From Flectonema sp. DT1601 (Eukaryota): DNA of 64,000 nt. The notes under the pieces were generated by a model, which had not been told where the DNA came from, ran no database searches, and saw nothing but the letters and a program-made list of their open reading frames with translations. The position numbers were made by a program, and so were the translations under genes. Numbering within the stretch: the stretch's first letter is position 1; every line of letters starts with the position of its first letter. Where the stretch lies: contig OZ025804.1 of assembly GCA_964019425.1 (NCBI GenBank), positions 496,001 through 560,000 of the forward strand, written 5' to 3'. Below, one piece after another: positions 1 through 11,600 of the stretch.

Positions 1-3000
1 CGTCCACCCTCTTGGGGACTCTCACGGGTGAACTCCCTATCTCCGCCCACGAGGGCAGCGTCTCCGCTCCCGGTGTCTCAGGCCCTATCGTCGGCTCTTC
101 CGAGAGGTGCTCCCCAGCCTTGTAGTCTCCCAGGGACGCCTTCCGACAGCGAGGGTGCGACCCCGTCTTACTCTTCGTGAGGCCTCCACAGAACGCACAG
201 GGTCTCGCGTCCAGGGCCCTCAGCTCCGGCTCCGACAGGGGTCTATCTGAGAGCAGGTGTTGCCTGGTCAGGTGCGCCATCAGCCCCGCGATTGAGTCAT
301 ACCCGCTGTGCTGCTGCGCCCTTGACCTCGAGCAATCGCTCCGTGGGCAGAAGAAGGGTCCGTTCCCCATCGTACCTGCCTTCGCTCCCGTTCCCAGCCC
401 CATCCGTTTGGCTGCTTGGTCAGGGTCCTCATCCGCCGCCCCGGTGATGTGGACCGCCTCGGCCTCGCCTTCTACCTGTTCCAACGACTCGCGCGACGCC
501 CCCACTACCGCTTCGTAGTGGCTCCCTCGTAGGTGCAGCCAGACCGGCACGGGGTGGTCTCGGCTCGCGGGCAAGAACTTGCGGTGTCTGTCCCCCTCCG
601 TCACCACGATCACTGTGTGCAAGAGATTCGCGGCCACTTGCAGGGTGGTATTGTCTCCCCAGGCTTTCGTCCTTACGCCCTGTGCGAAACTCTCCTTCGA
701 GCTCCCGTCCGTGAACCACCGGTCTCCCTCAGGGTCAACCAGCAAGGCGTCCGCCACGTGTCCCCGCAGTCCCTGCGTACCGACCCTCGGATTCCAGACC
801 TTCTTCGCCGTGAGGATCGCCCTGAACTGGCAGTCTCCGTTCGGCCTCGTCCGTGAAACCGTCACCTCCGGCCACTTCGACTTCAGCCTCCCCATCGCGT
901 CCCCGCCACCCTCCGCACGTCGCGCTTCCGCTCGGATCAGGTTGTCGCACAGTGGGTGCGGTTCCCCTCCACCTCTGGCGCACTTCTTGCAGGGTTTCAG
1001 GTCCACCGCCTCCCACTGTTTCTCCGAGAATCCTTGCCCGTGCACCCCGTACACATGCTTCCGGAGGCCCGTCTTTGACGTGAACCTCTCGTCACACGCC
1101 GGGCAGCTCATCCCGCCACCCTCCATCTCATGCGGGCGCTGTCTGCACCCTGACGGGACCCTCATGCGGACTTCCGGGGCTGCCGGGCGTGTACCTTTCT
1201 TCAGAGACATACTTCTCCGCAGGCGCTCCCATCGTTTCTCGGCCTTTCTGTTCCGGGGGGCCGCCATGGGCCTCTCCCACACCGTTCGCCCCAGATCCTC
1301 CCTCTCCTCCACCTCAACCCTTCGGATCTGGTTCTCGTCAGGGAGGTACCGCCGGCCTTCTCGCCTAGCAAGACACGAAGGTATCAACAAGGGGAAGTAC
1401 CTTTCCGAACGTAGGGGTTCCCACCTCCGGGTCATCGTCAGGAGCGCAGTCGCCTTCCCCGTCAGGTTCCGGAGGGACTCCCAGCACTCGTCCACCAACA
1501 TATCTTCCGCGTCCGAACCGTATTCTGTCCGGTCCACACTCGCCCGGATGTCGGTTGCGCGGATATCGTCGGTCACTCCCTCCGCCTTCCTTACCGAAGA
1601 AGTTAGGCCTGTGGCTCTAACAGGTAGAGGATACACGCATTCACACCCCCAGATGCCACCTGTTTGCATAATCGGGCCATCGTACGCCCGTCCATCAGTC
1701 GTATACATCGGAGATCGATTCTTGTACCCATCAGACACACACGCCGTCACGGCCGCAAGCGTTGGGTCAACGCATACCTGCCCGTGCCCCAGGCCTCTCG
1801 AGCAGTGTCCATTATCCTCATCTAACGTGACACTATCGTCAAACTCACAGACCATCGGTTGTGTCAGAATGGAGGCCCAATCGTAGCATGACCGGGAACT
1901 AAGACCAAAGAAGTCAAGAGCAGCGATATCAAAACAGTGAGACGGGCAACAATCATTAATCGTGGTGACACTTCCAGGACCTAGTAGGTCGGTGACTTCT
2001 GAACAGCTAACAGGTAGAGGTACGTACTCACACCCCCAGGTGCTGCCTGTTTGCAGAATCGGGTCATCGTACGTCCGTCCATCCGTCGTACACATCGGAG
2101 ATCGACCTTTGTTCTCATCGAACACACTCGCCGTCACGGCCGCAAGCGTTGGGTCAACACATACCTGCCCGTGCCCCAGGCCTTTTGAGCTGTGTCCCTT
2201 ATCCTCATCGAACGTGACACTATCGTCAAACTCACAGACCATCGGTTGTGTCAGAATGGAGGCCCAATCGTAGCATGACCGGGAACTAAGACCAAAGAAG
2301 TCAAGAGCAGCGATATCAAAACAGTGAGACGGGCAACAATCATTAATCGTGGTGACACTTCCAGGACCTAGTAGGTCGGTGACTTCTGAACAGCTAACAG
2401 GTAGAGGTACGTACTCACACCCCCAGGTGCTGCCTGTTTGCAGAATCGGGTCATCGTACGTCCGTCCATCCGTCGTACACATCGGAGATCGACCTTTGTT
2501 CTCATCGAACACACTCGCCGTCACGGCCGCAAGCGTTGGGTCAACACATACCTGCCCGTGCCCCAGGCCTTTTGAGCTGTGTCCCTTATCCTCATCGAAC
2601 GTGACACTATCGTCGAACTCACAGACCATCGGTTGTGCCAGAATAGAGGCCCAATCGTAGCATGACCGGGAACTAAGACCAGTGAAGTCAAGAGCAGCGA
2701 TATCAAAACAGTGAGACAGGCAACAATCATTAATCGTGGTGACACTACCAGGACCTAGTAGGTCGGTGACTTCTGAATAGTGCGAGAAGTGACCTTCAAT
2801 AGTGGCGACCCGCAGCCTGATTAAGCTGTTAGAGCTCAAATCGCCGATAGTTACCCGCTCGGCGTACGGAGGAAGCAAGCCTCCCCGTGCTGTGTCGTGT
2901 TCACGAGTAGACAAGAGTCCACCACCCTCCGGAACGCCATCCCCCTCTCCAGCGGCATCTGTGGCTTCACCGACGACCTCGTCACGCGTATACATAATCG

Positions 3001-4663
3001 CACCTCCTGCAACTCCAGCAATTGTCACCCCGTCCTCACATCCTACAGTGTACCCTCCCCTCGCACAGATGTTCGCTCCTACGAAGAGAAGCACCCGTGC
3101 TAACGCGACAGCCATCGCCAAAGTGCTCCCGGGAGCGCGGACCTTATCCAGCTCTCCTAGAGTGTGTGATTCCACCACTCCGGCCGTATTGGCAATTGAC
3201 AGAGGCCGACATTCGCAGGTGAGTTTGTTCTGTGAGGAATAGGTCCAGTTGGCACCATGGCAGGTCTGGTCGCCGGTGGCATGGGCGGTGCTTACGGAGC
3301 TCCTGTTACTACCACACTCCGTCGCCTTGGTTGTTGCAGATCCCACAGCCGGCTCATCGCTGGCGCATGTCCACTCGGTTGCATTCGCCGGATCCCTACT
3401 TGCCTGCACTGCTACACTATCCGCCGTGCTGGCTCCCTCAGGACGGCTCAAGATGGCGCAAACCGCGTGTTCGTGCGTATCGTACTCAGTCGTGGCCATG
3501 CCCCTCCTAGAATTTTCCGCGTCCGAACCGTACCCTGTCTGCAAAATCGGGTCACCAAACGTCCGTCCACCCGTCGTACACTTCGGAGATCGACCCTTGC
3601 ACTTATTGAACACACATACCGCCACGGCTGTCAGCGCTGGGGCTCCGCCGGACGACGGAGGAGGACACTCACTCTTGTAGTCTCTCTCCGACACGCAGCT
3701 CGCGTTCGGCCCCTCACTTATATGCTCATCTGTTCCCGTAGCCGACGACCCCGCAGCTGGAGAAGTATCAATTCCTGCCTGCCCACATGTAAAGTCCGAA
3801 TCTTTTTCGGATTTACGAGTACACAGGATGCCAGGAGCAGCGGTTACAGCAGAGAACGGTTGCTGAATCGGGTCATCGTACGTCCGTCCATCCGTCGTAC
3901 GCATCGGAGATCGACCTTTGTTCTCATCGAACACACTCGCCGCCACGGCCGCAAGCGTTGGGTCAACACATACCTGCCCGTGCCCCAGGCCTCTTGAGCT
4001 GTGTCCCTTATCCTCATCGAACGTGACACTATCGTCAAACTCACAGACCATCGGTTGTGTCAGAATGGAGGCCCAATCGTAGCATGACCGGGAACTAAGA
4101 CCAGAGAAGTCAAGAGCAGCGATATCAAAACAGTGAGACGGGCTACAGTCATTAATCGTGGTGACACTTCCAGGACCTAGTAGGTCGGTGACTTCTGAAC
4201 AGCTAACAGGTAGAGGTACGTATTCACACCCCCAGGTGCCGTCTGTTCGCAGAATCGGGTCATCGTACGTCCGTCCATCCGTCGTACACATCGGAGATCG
4301 ACCTTTGTTCTCATCGAACACACTCGCCGTCACGGCCGCAAGCGTTGGGTCAACACATACCTGCCCGTGCCCCAGGCCTTTTGAGCTGTGTCTCTTATCC
4401 TCATCGAACGTGACGCTATCGTCGGACTCACAGACCATCGGTTGTGCCAGAATAGAGGCACAATCGTAGCATGACCGGGAACTAAGATCAGAGAAGTCAA
4501 GAGCAGCGATATCAAAACAGTGAGACGGGCAACAATCATTAATCGTGGTGACACTTCCAGGACTTAGTAGGTCGGTGTTCCCGGGGGCGCGGACCTTTTC
4601 TAGTTCACCCAGTGTGTGTACCTTCGACATACCAGCTAACAGACATGCTAATGCGCTTGCCAT
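1..4663 (-). CDS. N-terminal ~1550 aa of a second CRE/SLACS-like retrotransposon polyprotein (Cys-rich repeats, ZnF, OTU protease, ZnF); runs off the window edge
   Basis: Manual translation finds no stop from ATG 4663 (MASALACLLAGMSK; upstream in-frame TAG at 4679-4681) to position 1. It contains C2H2 CPACDERFTSKTGLRKHVYGVH, OTU motifs PNGDCQFRAI / WGDNTTLQ / GSHYE, a second finger CPRSDC..HLTRQH..CAFC..HPRC, and LPSWAEIG. The order matches the pre-RT part of the 5605-14127 ORF. Confidence 0.85.
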   Translation of the reverse strand, partial: MASALACLLAGMSKVHTLGELEKVRAPGNTDLLSPGSVTTINDCCPSHCFDIAALDFSDLSSRSCYDCASILAQPMVCESDDSVTFDEDKRHSSKGLGHGQVCVDPTLAAVTASVFDENKGRSPMCTTDGRTYDDPILRTDGTWGCEYVPLPVSCSEVTDLLGPGSVTTINDCSPSHCFDIAALDFSGLSSRSCYDWASILTQPMVCEFDDSVTFDEDKGHSSRGLGHGQVCVDPTLAAVAASVFDENKGRSPMRTTDGRTYDDPIQQPFSAVTAAPGILCTRKSEKDSDFTCGQAGIDTSPAAGSSATGTDEHISEGPNASCVSERDYKSECPPPSSGGAPALTAVAVCVFNKCKGRSPKCTTGGRTFGDPILQTGYGSDAENSRRGMATTEYDTHEHAVCAILSRPEGASTADSVAVQASRDPANATEWTCASDEPAVGSATTKATECGSNRSSVSTAHATGDQTCHGANWTYSSQNKLTCECRPLSIANTAGVVESHTLGELDKVRAPGSTLAMAVALARVLLFVGANICARGGYTVGCEDGVTIAGVAGGAIMYTRDEVVGEATDAAGEGDGVPEGGGLLSTREHDTARGGLLPPYAERVTIGDLSSNSLIRLRVATIEGHFSHYSEVTDLLGPGSVTTINDCCLSHCFDIAALDFTGLSSRSCYDWASILAQPMVCEFDDSVTFDEDKGHSSKGLGHGQVCVDPTLAAVTASVFDENKGRSPMCTTDGRTYDDPILQTGSTWGCEYVPLPVSCSEVTDLLGPGSVTTINDCCPSHCFDIAALDFFGLSSRSCYDWASILTQPMVCEFDDSVTFDEDKGHSSKGLGHGQVCVDPTLAAVTASVFDENKGRSPMCTTDGRTYDDPILQTGSTWGCEYVPLPVSCSEVTDLLGPGSVTTINDCCPSHCFDIAALDFFGLSSRSCYDWASILTQPMVCEFDDSVTLDEDNGHCSRGLGHGQVCVDPTLAAVTACVSDGYKNRSPMYTTDGRAYDGPIMQTGGIWGCECVYPLPVRATGLTSSVRKAEGVTDDIRATDIRASVDRTEYGSDAEDMLVDECWESLRNLTGKATALLTMTRRWEPLRSERYFPLLIPSCLARREGRRYLPDENQIRRVEVEEREDLGRTVWERPMAAPRNRKAEKRWERLRRSMSLKKGTRPAAPEVRMRVPSGCRQRPHEMEGGGMSCPACDERFTSKTGLRKHVYGVHGQGFSEKQWEAVDLKPCKKCARGGGEPHPLCDNLIRAEARRAEGGGDAMGRLKSKWPEVTVSRTRPNGDCQFRAILTAKKVWNPRVGTQGLRGHVADALLVDPEGDRWFTDGSSKESFAQGVRTKAWGDNTTLQVAANLLHTVIVVTEGDRHRKFLPASRDHPVPVWLHLRGSHYEAVVGASRESLEQVEGEAEAVHITGAADEDPDQAAKRMGLGTGAKAGTMGNGPFFCPRSDCSRSRAQQHSGYDSIAGLMAHLTRQHLLSDRPLSEPELRALDARPCAFCGGLTKSKTGSHPRCRKASLGDYKAGEHLSEEPTIGPETPGAETLPSWAEIGSSPVRVPKRVD
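1617..2777 (-). repeat. 387-bp (129-codon) in-frame tandem repeat, ~3 copies
   Basis: Near-identical blocks 387 bp apart (shadow ORFs at 1962 and 2349); the unit encodes ..SCYDWASILTQPMVCEFDD..CVDPTL..WGCEY..INDCCPSHCFDI.. Confidence 0.95.
3865..4577 (-). repeat. Second block of the 387-bp repeat, ~1.8 copies (a further partial copy lies near 3515-3640)
   Basis: Same sequence as 1617-2777 with a few substitutions, in the same reading frame. Confidence 0.9.
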
Positions 4664-4705
4664 GCTTGCAAGACTATACTATTGCACTCTACTCTTTCCT
4701 TTGAT

Positions 4706-4707
<2 letters not shown>

Positions 4708-4744
<37 letters not shown>

Positions 4745-4814
4745 TTTTTTTGTTTTTTTGTTTTTTTTTTTTTTGTTTTTTTTGTTTTTTTGTTTTTTTG
4801 TTTTTTTTTTTTTT

Positions 4815-4876
<62 letters not shown>
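4708..4876 (-). repeat. ~170-nt poly(A)/A-rich tract: 3' tail of the 5605-14127 element or A-rich leader of the next ORF
   Basis: Poly-T with sparse G on the + strand, ~730 nt after the stop at 5605 and ~45 nt before ATG 4663. Confidence 0.8.
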
Positions 4877-5604
4877 CGGGAAGATAAAATGGAAACTACT
4901 TTCTTTGTCCTTTCTCATTTTACAGCAAATTTGTAAAATCTTTCTACTGACTCTGATCGTTGTCTCGACATACAGCGACAGGGAAAACCCGCGAGCTGGG
5001 GACGACAGTCTTCTTTAGCATTTAAGCATTTTTCGACTTGAAAAGACATGACCCTTCAATTTAATGAGTTCTCATGTTTCTGGGTTTGGGATGGGGAATG
5101 TGCACTTCTTCTCTTGATCCTTTGTTCTCATGGACCCCTTGTCTCTGTGCACAAAAGATAATTCGTCGTCTACCCAGCTTTACATTTGTCGCTGTACCAG
5201 TAAATAAAATGGGGCGAAAGAAGGGGGTGTGAGTCGTCCGTCCTTTGATCTCTGGGGCGTACGGACGTCAAGTTTTTTCGCTTGAAAGTTTTTCATCCTT
5301 TTCTTGGGTTGGGGGGCGGCCTTTGATTTTTATAATATGTGTGCGGCCTTTGGCTCCACTGGTCGGTGTTTCCTGGGGGGGGTGAAAAGCATGTTTTGGT
5401 CCGAGTTTGCCTCGTTGACCGGGGTTTTTTTTTTTGGGGGGGTCTGGTTGCAGGTTGTGTCTCCTGCTTCGCGGGGGCTTTGGTCACGTTTCTAACCTCG
5501 CTCCCGCTCTTGTTCTCCCTCGTCCTCTACCATGTGTTTTGGGTTGGCTCTGGGGTCTTGGCTCTGTCTTTTCCTCGACTCTTGAGACCTCCTTCGTGGA
5601 GTCC

Positions 5605-8600
5605 CTAGCGCCTTCCCCCTTTCGACGAGAAGTCCAGGACCCTTCGCGTTGGATCCCCTTCTCTCTCCCTCATCTCTCCTTGGGTGCTTTTCTCACTCTG
5701 TGACGACGACCTTGTGACCAACTCTACTCCTGCCACACCTTGTCCGTCTCGCTCCGCCGGCTCCGGGCGTACGCCCGCGTCCGTGAACGAGGTCAGGGAG
5801 CCCGGGGGCCCGTGTGCGTACCCCATTGTGTCGGGTGTGTCTCCCTTACCTACCCGACGCAGTGTGGGTTTCCTGTTGTAACTCCGCGGCGCCTGTTCCC
5901 TCGTGGTGCCCTCCACTGGCTCCGGTTCCTTCTGCTTGCGTCTCTTCCTCTTCGCTTTCCTGCTCGGGTCTGGGGAGAGAACCTCTATCCTCTCCCTCTC
6001 TTCTCCCTTCCTGTACCTCCTCCTCGCCTGCCGTTCACCTGAGCTCGGGGTGGACTCTCCCATTTCCGCCTGCAACACCTGCGGACTTGGGTCCTCCTTT
6101 CCGGCCCCCTTTGCCCTCGTCTTTGCCTTCCGGCCTCTCGTGCGTCCCCTTCCCGTATTTGTCTTCGGCGACACACACTCCTCCCTCTCCTCCTCCATTC
6201 CCTTTCTGTACTTCGTCCTCCCTCTCGTGCTCGGTGTCGACACCGTGCCCGGCGATCTCTCTGCGTCTTCCCCGCTCCCGTCACTACCCACTGCGCGTGG
6301 TCCCATCTTCGCCCCCAAACTGGATCTCTCGGCCATTGGTTTTGATTCGCCTGAGTTCACCAGCTTTGAAAGGGGCTCCGATTGGCCCTCCCGTCGTGTT
6401 TCCGCGTTCCCTCCTTCTGGGTGTAGTCCCAGCATCCAGGCCATCTGACCTGCGTTCCCCTCGGGCGCCGCTCCCTCTTCCCATTCCTGTTCATCGACCG
6501 TCATGGTCATTTGGGAGTCTGACGATCCCTCCTCCTCTGTGTCCGACTCTGCCACCTGGACCACGTCCTCTGACGTCTCCTCGACGTACTGGACTACTGA
6601 CCCTTCCGTCACATTTTCTCCGTCAACTTCCATCTCCGACTGTGAGTCTTCCAGGTCCTCCAACCCCTCCACTCCGTCCATGCCGTCTGACGACGGTGGC
6701 TCTCCTGAGTGGTGGGACGTCTCGTCCAGCTCGTCCCCCTTCTCGGCTTGCAGGTCCTCGGCCAGGTGATGGTTTTCGCCTGAGGTCTCTGCTGCCGACG
6801 GGTCTACTGACTGGTCCCTTTCGTCCGTCTGTTCTTCTGCTTCCATGTCCGACGTCCCTGGACTCCCCAAGGAGCCTCCCGACATGGAACCGTTCCCTTC
6901 GTCCTGCCCTGTCGCTGGGGAGGATGATCTATCGTCATCTCCCTCCGACCCTTCCGAGCTCAACTCCAGGACTCCCGCCTCTACCCTTTGCACGGCCCCC
7001 TTCGGGGTTGGGACCGGGCTCTGCTCGTCTCGGCCCTCTACCCTCGCGTCTTCTCCTTCCACCGACTCTCGGCCGCCTGACGATCCCGTCCCCTCTTCTG
7101 TGTACTGGGGTTCCAGACGCAGTTGTCTTCCCTCCCACCGCACCGTGAAGGGACCCGTCTGTGTCCCGTGTCCCAGGCAGTTCTTTGCCCCCTCTGTGAA
7201 AACCTTCATCACGGCTTCCGTCACTGAGGTCGAGCCCTCCTTCGCCGCTTTTTCAGCCTCCTCCGTCGCGTGTGTTCTCATCCTCTCTGGCATCTCCACC
7301 AGCGTCGTACGCCTCCCCATCAACTCCGCCTCCTCCAGCACCTCTCTCTGGCCCGTCGACCAGTGTGTCGTGCTTCCTCGCAGCAGCAGGGATGCCTCCG
7401 CTGGGACGAGGCCTCCACACGCCTTGGCCGCTACCAGCCCCACCAGGGCTGCGAAGTATCGCCCCCAGTGTGTGTCTCCCGCTGGCAGGCCAGCTGACCA
7501 TGTGCCCAACACCTCGAAACGGTGTGTGTCCAACCAGCTCGCCGCCGCCCCCAGACGGCCCGTTACCGGGTCTTCCTCGCATGCGTACACCAAGGTGTAC
7601 CTCGTCCCTACTTCGCCAACCACCTCCCCCAGCAGGTGGGTTCGGAGGTATCCCTCCGCCTCCCCCTTGCTTGCGAAACTCTTGTGTCTCGCCGCCGCGT
7701 AGCCTGACACCATCGAGTTCGCCTCGTTCCAGCATTGGAACAGGCCTACCGCCCTGCCCCTCGCCACTGCGTACCACTTACGTGGGCTGACTCCCTCCGT
7801 GGCCCGGGTCGGTTCCCTGGTCTCCGGCTGCCACCTCTCTACGAACCTGTCCGCCTCCTTCCTGGAGGAGAAACTCTGGTGTGTCGCATTCGAGCACCCT
7901 TCCGTCTGTGCCTTCGCCTCCTCCCACGATGCATACACTCCCGGTTTCCATCCCACCGCCACCGCATACAGCTTCTCCTCCTTCGACGGGGGGTCGGGGG
8001 ATGGGGGCTCTTTTTCCTCGGGTTGTCCCACTTCCTGTGCTGGCTCGTCTCTCAGCCCTACTGCTTCCGCTCCTTGTGCTTCCGTCGTCTGCGCTTCCAC
8101 CTGGGCTGGCGCTTCGGCTCGTGGTCTGTCTTCGCCTGATGCCGTCGACCCTCCTGGGAGCGACTGGGATTCATCCGGTTCCACCGCCTTTCCCCTCAAT
8201 TGGGACAGCCCCAGATTCATCTCCAGCTCGATCACCAAGTAGTCGAGCCCGTCCTCCGAGAGTTCCACCGGCTCGTCCCATGCCGCCGATTCCGCTTCCC
8301 AGAGGGCCAGGTTCTCCACCCCTCGTGAGCTTTCCGTCACCTGGTGTTCTATCACCGACGGGAGCGCTACCAACTTCAGCGCCTCCTGCTGCTCGGCTCC
8401 CCACCCCTGCTGCGGTGTGACCACCTCGATCTGTGTCTCACCCCCCAGCAGTTGCGATCTCTCCCTGATCGCGTTGAGCCCTAGCAGCGCTGCCACGTAC
8501 TCCGCAGTCGCTTCGTCCCATGTCGGTAGGCAGCCCGACCACGTGAACCTCCTGTCGAGCGTTCCCATGTGTATCAGGCATGCCGCCGCCCCCAGCTTCT

Positions 8601-11600
8601 CCATCTCCGCGTTCCAGACGCTCGATACCAGTAAGAGCAGCTTGCGCTGCGTCTGCCCCCCTACTACTCGCGTCCGGAGGACACACTCCGCCTCTTCCCT
8701 GGACGTGTACCCCGCGGTGTCCTCCTCCGACGACGGTGCCTCGCGTACCTCCATCCGGTCCTTGTTCGCCACCGGAATCCATCTCACCGGCACCCCGACG
8801 TCCTCTTGGGTCGATCCCTCCACCCTCGAGTAGACCACTACTACTGGTTTCGTCCCGTGGATCTCCTCTGTCGACACTTGGCTTATTGCCTTGTCGTCTT
8901 GCTTCTGCCAGCCTACTCCGTCCCACGTGTATGACACGTAATGCCCCGCGTTGTCACTCCCGAGGTGTGCGATCGCTCCCGTTTGCTGGTACGTCATCAC
9001 CCTCTCCCCGACCTGCACCTGGAAGCGCTCTTCCCATCCCAAGGACCCTTGCGTGTCCTGCTTGTCTCTCTGGAAGATCAAGGAGCTTGGGAGCGAGGCG
9101 AAACTCTCTTCCAGCGTGGCCTCATTGCTGCCGCACAGCTTCTCGCAGGACCGCTCGACTCTCTCCTTCGTCGGCTGAAGCCTCACTTGTGGTGTACGGC
9201 CACACAGTGGGATCAGCGTCAACTCATCCGTCGATCCGGAGGCGTCCGCACATCCCGTGCAGACCAGCTGTTTCAGCTGTACTGCCGAGAACAACGGTTC
9301 GCACACCTCTTTCTTCTCCTCCAACAGGGCGTCTACTATGGACGTCAGGGTTCCTACTACCTCCCCCTGCCGCCTGTCTTGTAGCGGGTCGAACATCTCG
9401 GACAGCTTCTCCAGGCACTCCCCACTCCCTTTGACCACTCCACTCAGGAGGCCCGACATCCCCACTTCCTCCTTCCCCGTCAGCACTTGTGTCAGTGCCG
9501 TGCCCTTCAGCAGGCACTGTACGGACGCGTTGAGGTAGCAGGAGTTCCCGATGTTCGGCAAACCCCTCATCGTCGGGGGCGGTCCTGCCGACTGTCGCAT
9601 TACTTCCGGCTGCTGGATCTCTTCCGTTTCCGCTCTCGGTCTTGGTTCTCTCTCTTGTGATGTCGGCTTCTCCGTCATCTCGGGCGGCGGTTTCGTCCTT
9701 GGCAATGGGTTCACTGAGTCCATCGCCACCGACGCCTCCCTCGCTCTCAGTGCTTCCGCCGTCGCCACTACCACCGATGTCGAGATCCTCCTCGCCATCT
9801 CCCCCGCGATCTCCCGGTGTGGCACCGTCGAGTTCGTTGCGCAGATCTGCACCAACTTCTTCAGGGTCCCCACTGCTTCCCGTCCCATCCCTCCGTACGC
9901 TTCCAGCGCGATTGTCGAGAAATTAATCCCGTGTTTCGTGCACTGCTCCGCGTACTTGTTCCCTTTCAGGGACTCTGCTTCTCTCGCGGCTTGCCCCGGG
10001 GTTTTATACAATTTAATTTTCCCCGGGTTTACCACTGTGATGTCGAAGGCTCTGCCTCTCCCCTCCCTCAGCCCCTCTTGGCAGTACCAGTCCCCCGGTC
10101 TCTGCTTGTTGGGTCCCAGTAGGTGGCTGGGTTCTCTCAGCAGCGGCAATCCCGCCTGCTTAAAGATGGAGATGAACTCCTCCTTCACCCTCTCGTGTCG
10201 CTGGTGCACGTGGCCGTTTTTGATACAGATTGAGGCATGGTATCCCTGCCTATCCTGTGGGCCTGAGCATATCCTGCATACTGCCCCTTCCGCGAACAGC
10301 GCTGCGCCCAATCGCATCCCACATGCGATCCTGAACGTCTCTGGGTCCATCGCGCACTCTTCATCTGCTTGTTGCAGCCATGCGCTCGCCTTATCCATGC
10401 GCAGGGAGAGCAGCCTCCCTTTATCGCGCGGGTCATTCGCCCCCGCCAGCAGGCAGTCTCTCTTGACCTGGTCCAGTTTCGCCGAGGACAGCCTCTGGGG
10501 GTTCGGCCCCGGCCCGTCTTCTTCTATCCTTAGCTCCTCCGGGAGGGCGAGGTTCAACCCCTTCTTCAGTGCTGGCATCAGCACCCCCTTGAACCCCTCC
10601 CACAGTGACTTGCTCACCCCTTGGACTAATTCCAGGGATCCCAATAGTGCTGCTCCCCTGTGCTCTGCACATGACCGCAGCCCCAATCCCCCCATCCGGG
10701 TCGGCAGTTGTGCTTGCATCCACTTTGGCCCCTCCAGTGTCAGGCCCAACACTCGGCTCGCCGTGGACCTCATCAGCTCGTCCACCTTCCGCATCGAGGT
10801 GTCCATTTTCCCATGCGTGCAGCATCGCATCAGGTGGGTCACCTTGCAGAAGCCCATGCATTGCCTTAGGAGCACCATGGCCACCTGCCGGTCCTGCAGG
10901 TCTGCTAGCAGCTCCGCTTTCTTCTCCAGCTGCGCCACCTTCCTGTCGACGAACTCCTGGCAGTGTTCCTCCGTCCCGAACGGTGCCCCCAGGAAGTCCC
11001 CGTTGTACAGTGGGGGTCTCATCCCTTCCAACCCCCACCCCAAGGGCAGGGTGTTCTGGGCTGAGTCGAGCACGTGCGTCTGGCACTTGTCCGGCCTCAG
11101 CGTCAGCCCCAGCTCCGCCGTCTCCTTCTGCAGGATTTGGAGGGCCTTGTCTACCTGTTCCAGGGTGCCCGCCACCAGCCCATCGTCCAGGTAGAAGCAC
11201 GCCAACTCCGGCTTCGCCTCCAACACCTTCTGCAGCGCCGGCTTGATTGCCAGCGAGAACAGCAAGGGACCCAACGGATCCCCCTGCTGAGCGCCCTCCT
11301 CCGAGCTCAGCCTCTCGTCCCCAAACAGCAACCACGTCGGCGCTCCGTAACACCAGCTGACCCAGCTCTCCAGCAGGGTATCCCTCGTCGAATCCAGGAA
11401 CGCCCCCCTCTTCACGCAGTTGAAGGCGTTCGAGAAGTCTATCTTCACGAACACTTTCTGTGACGAGAGCGCGTGCTCCGCGCGGAACTCATGCAGGGTG
11501 TGCACCGCCGCCTCCACTCCCCCCGACACCGCTACTCCCAGCTGTCTCACTTCTAGCAACGAGCTCCTCGCCTGGGACCTATATGCCCCGCACAGGATCT

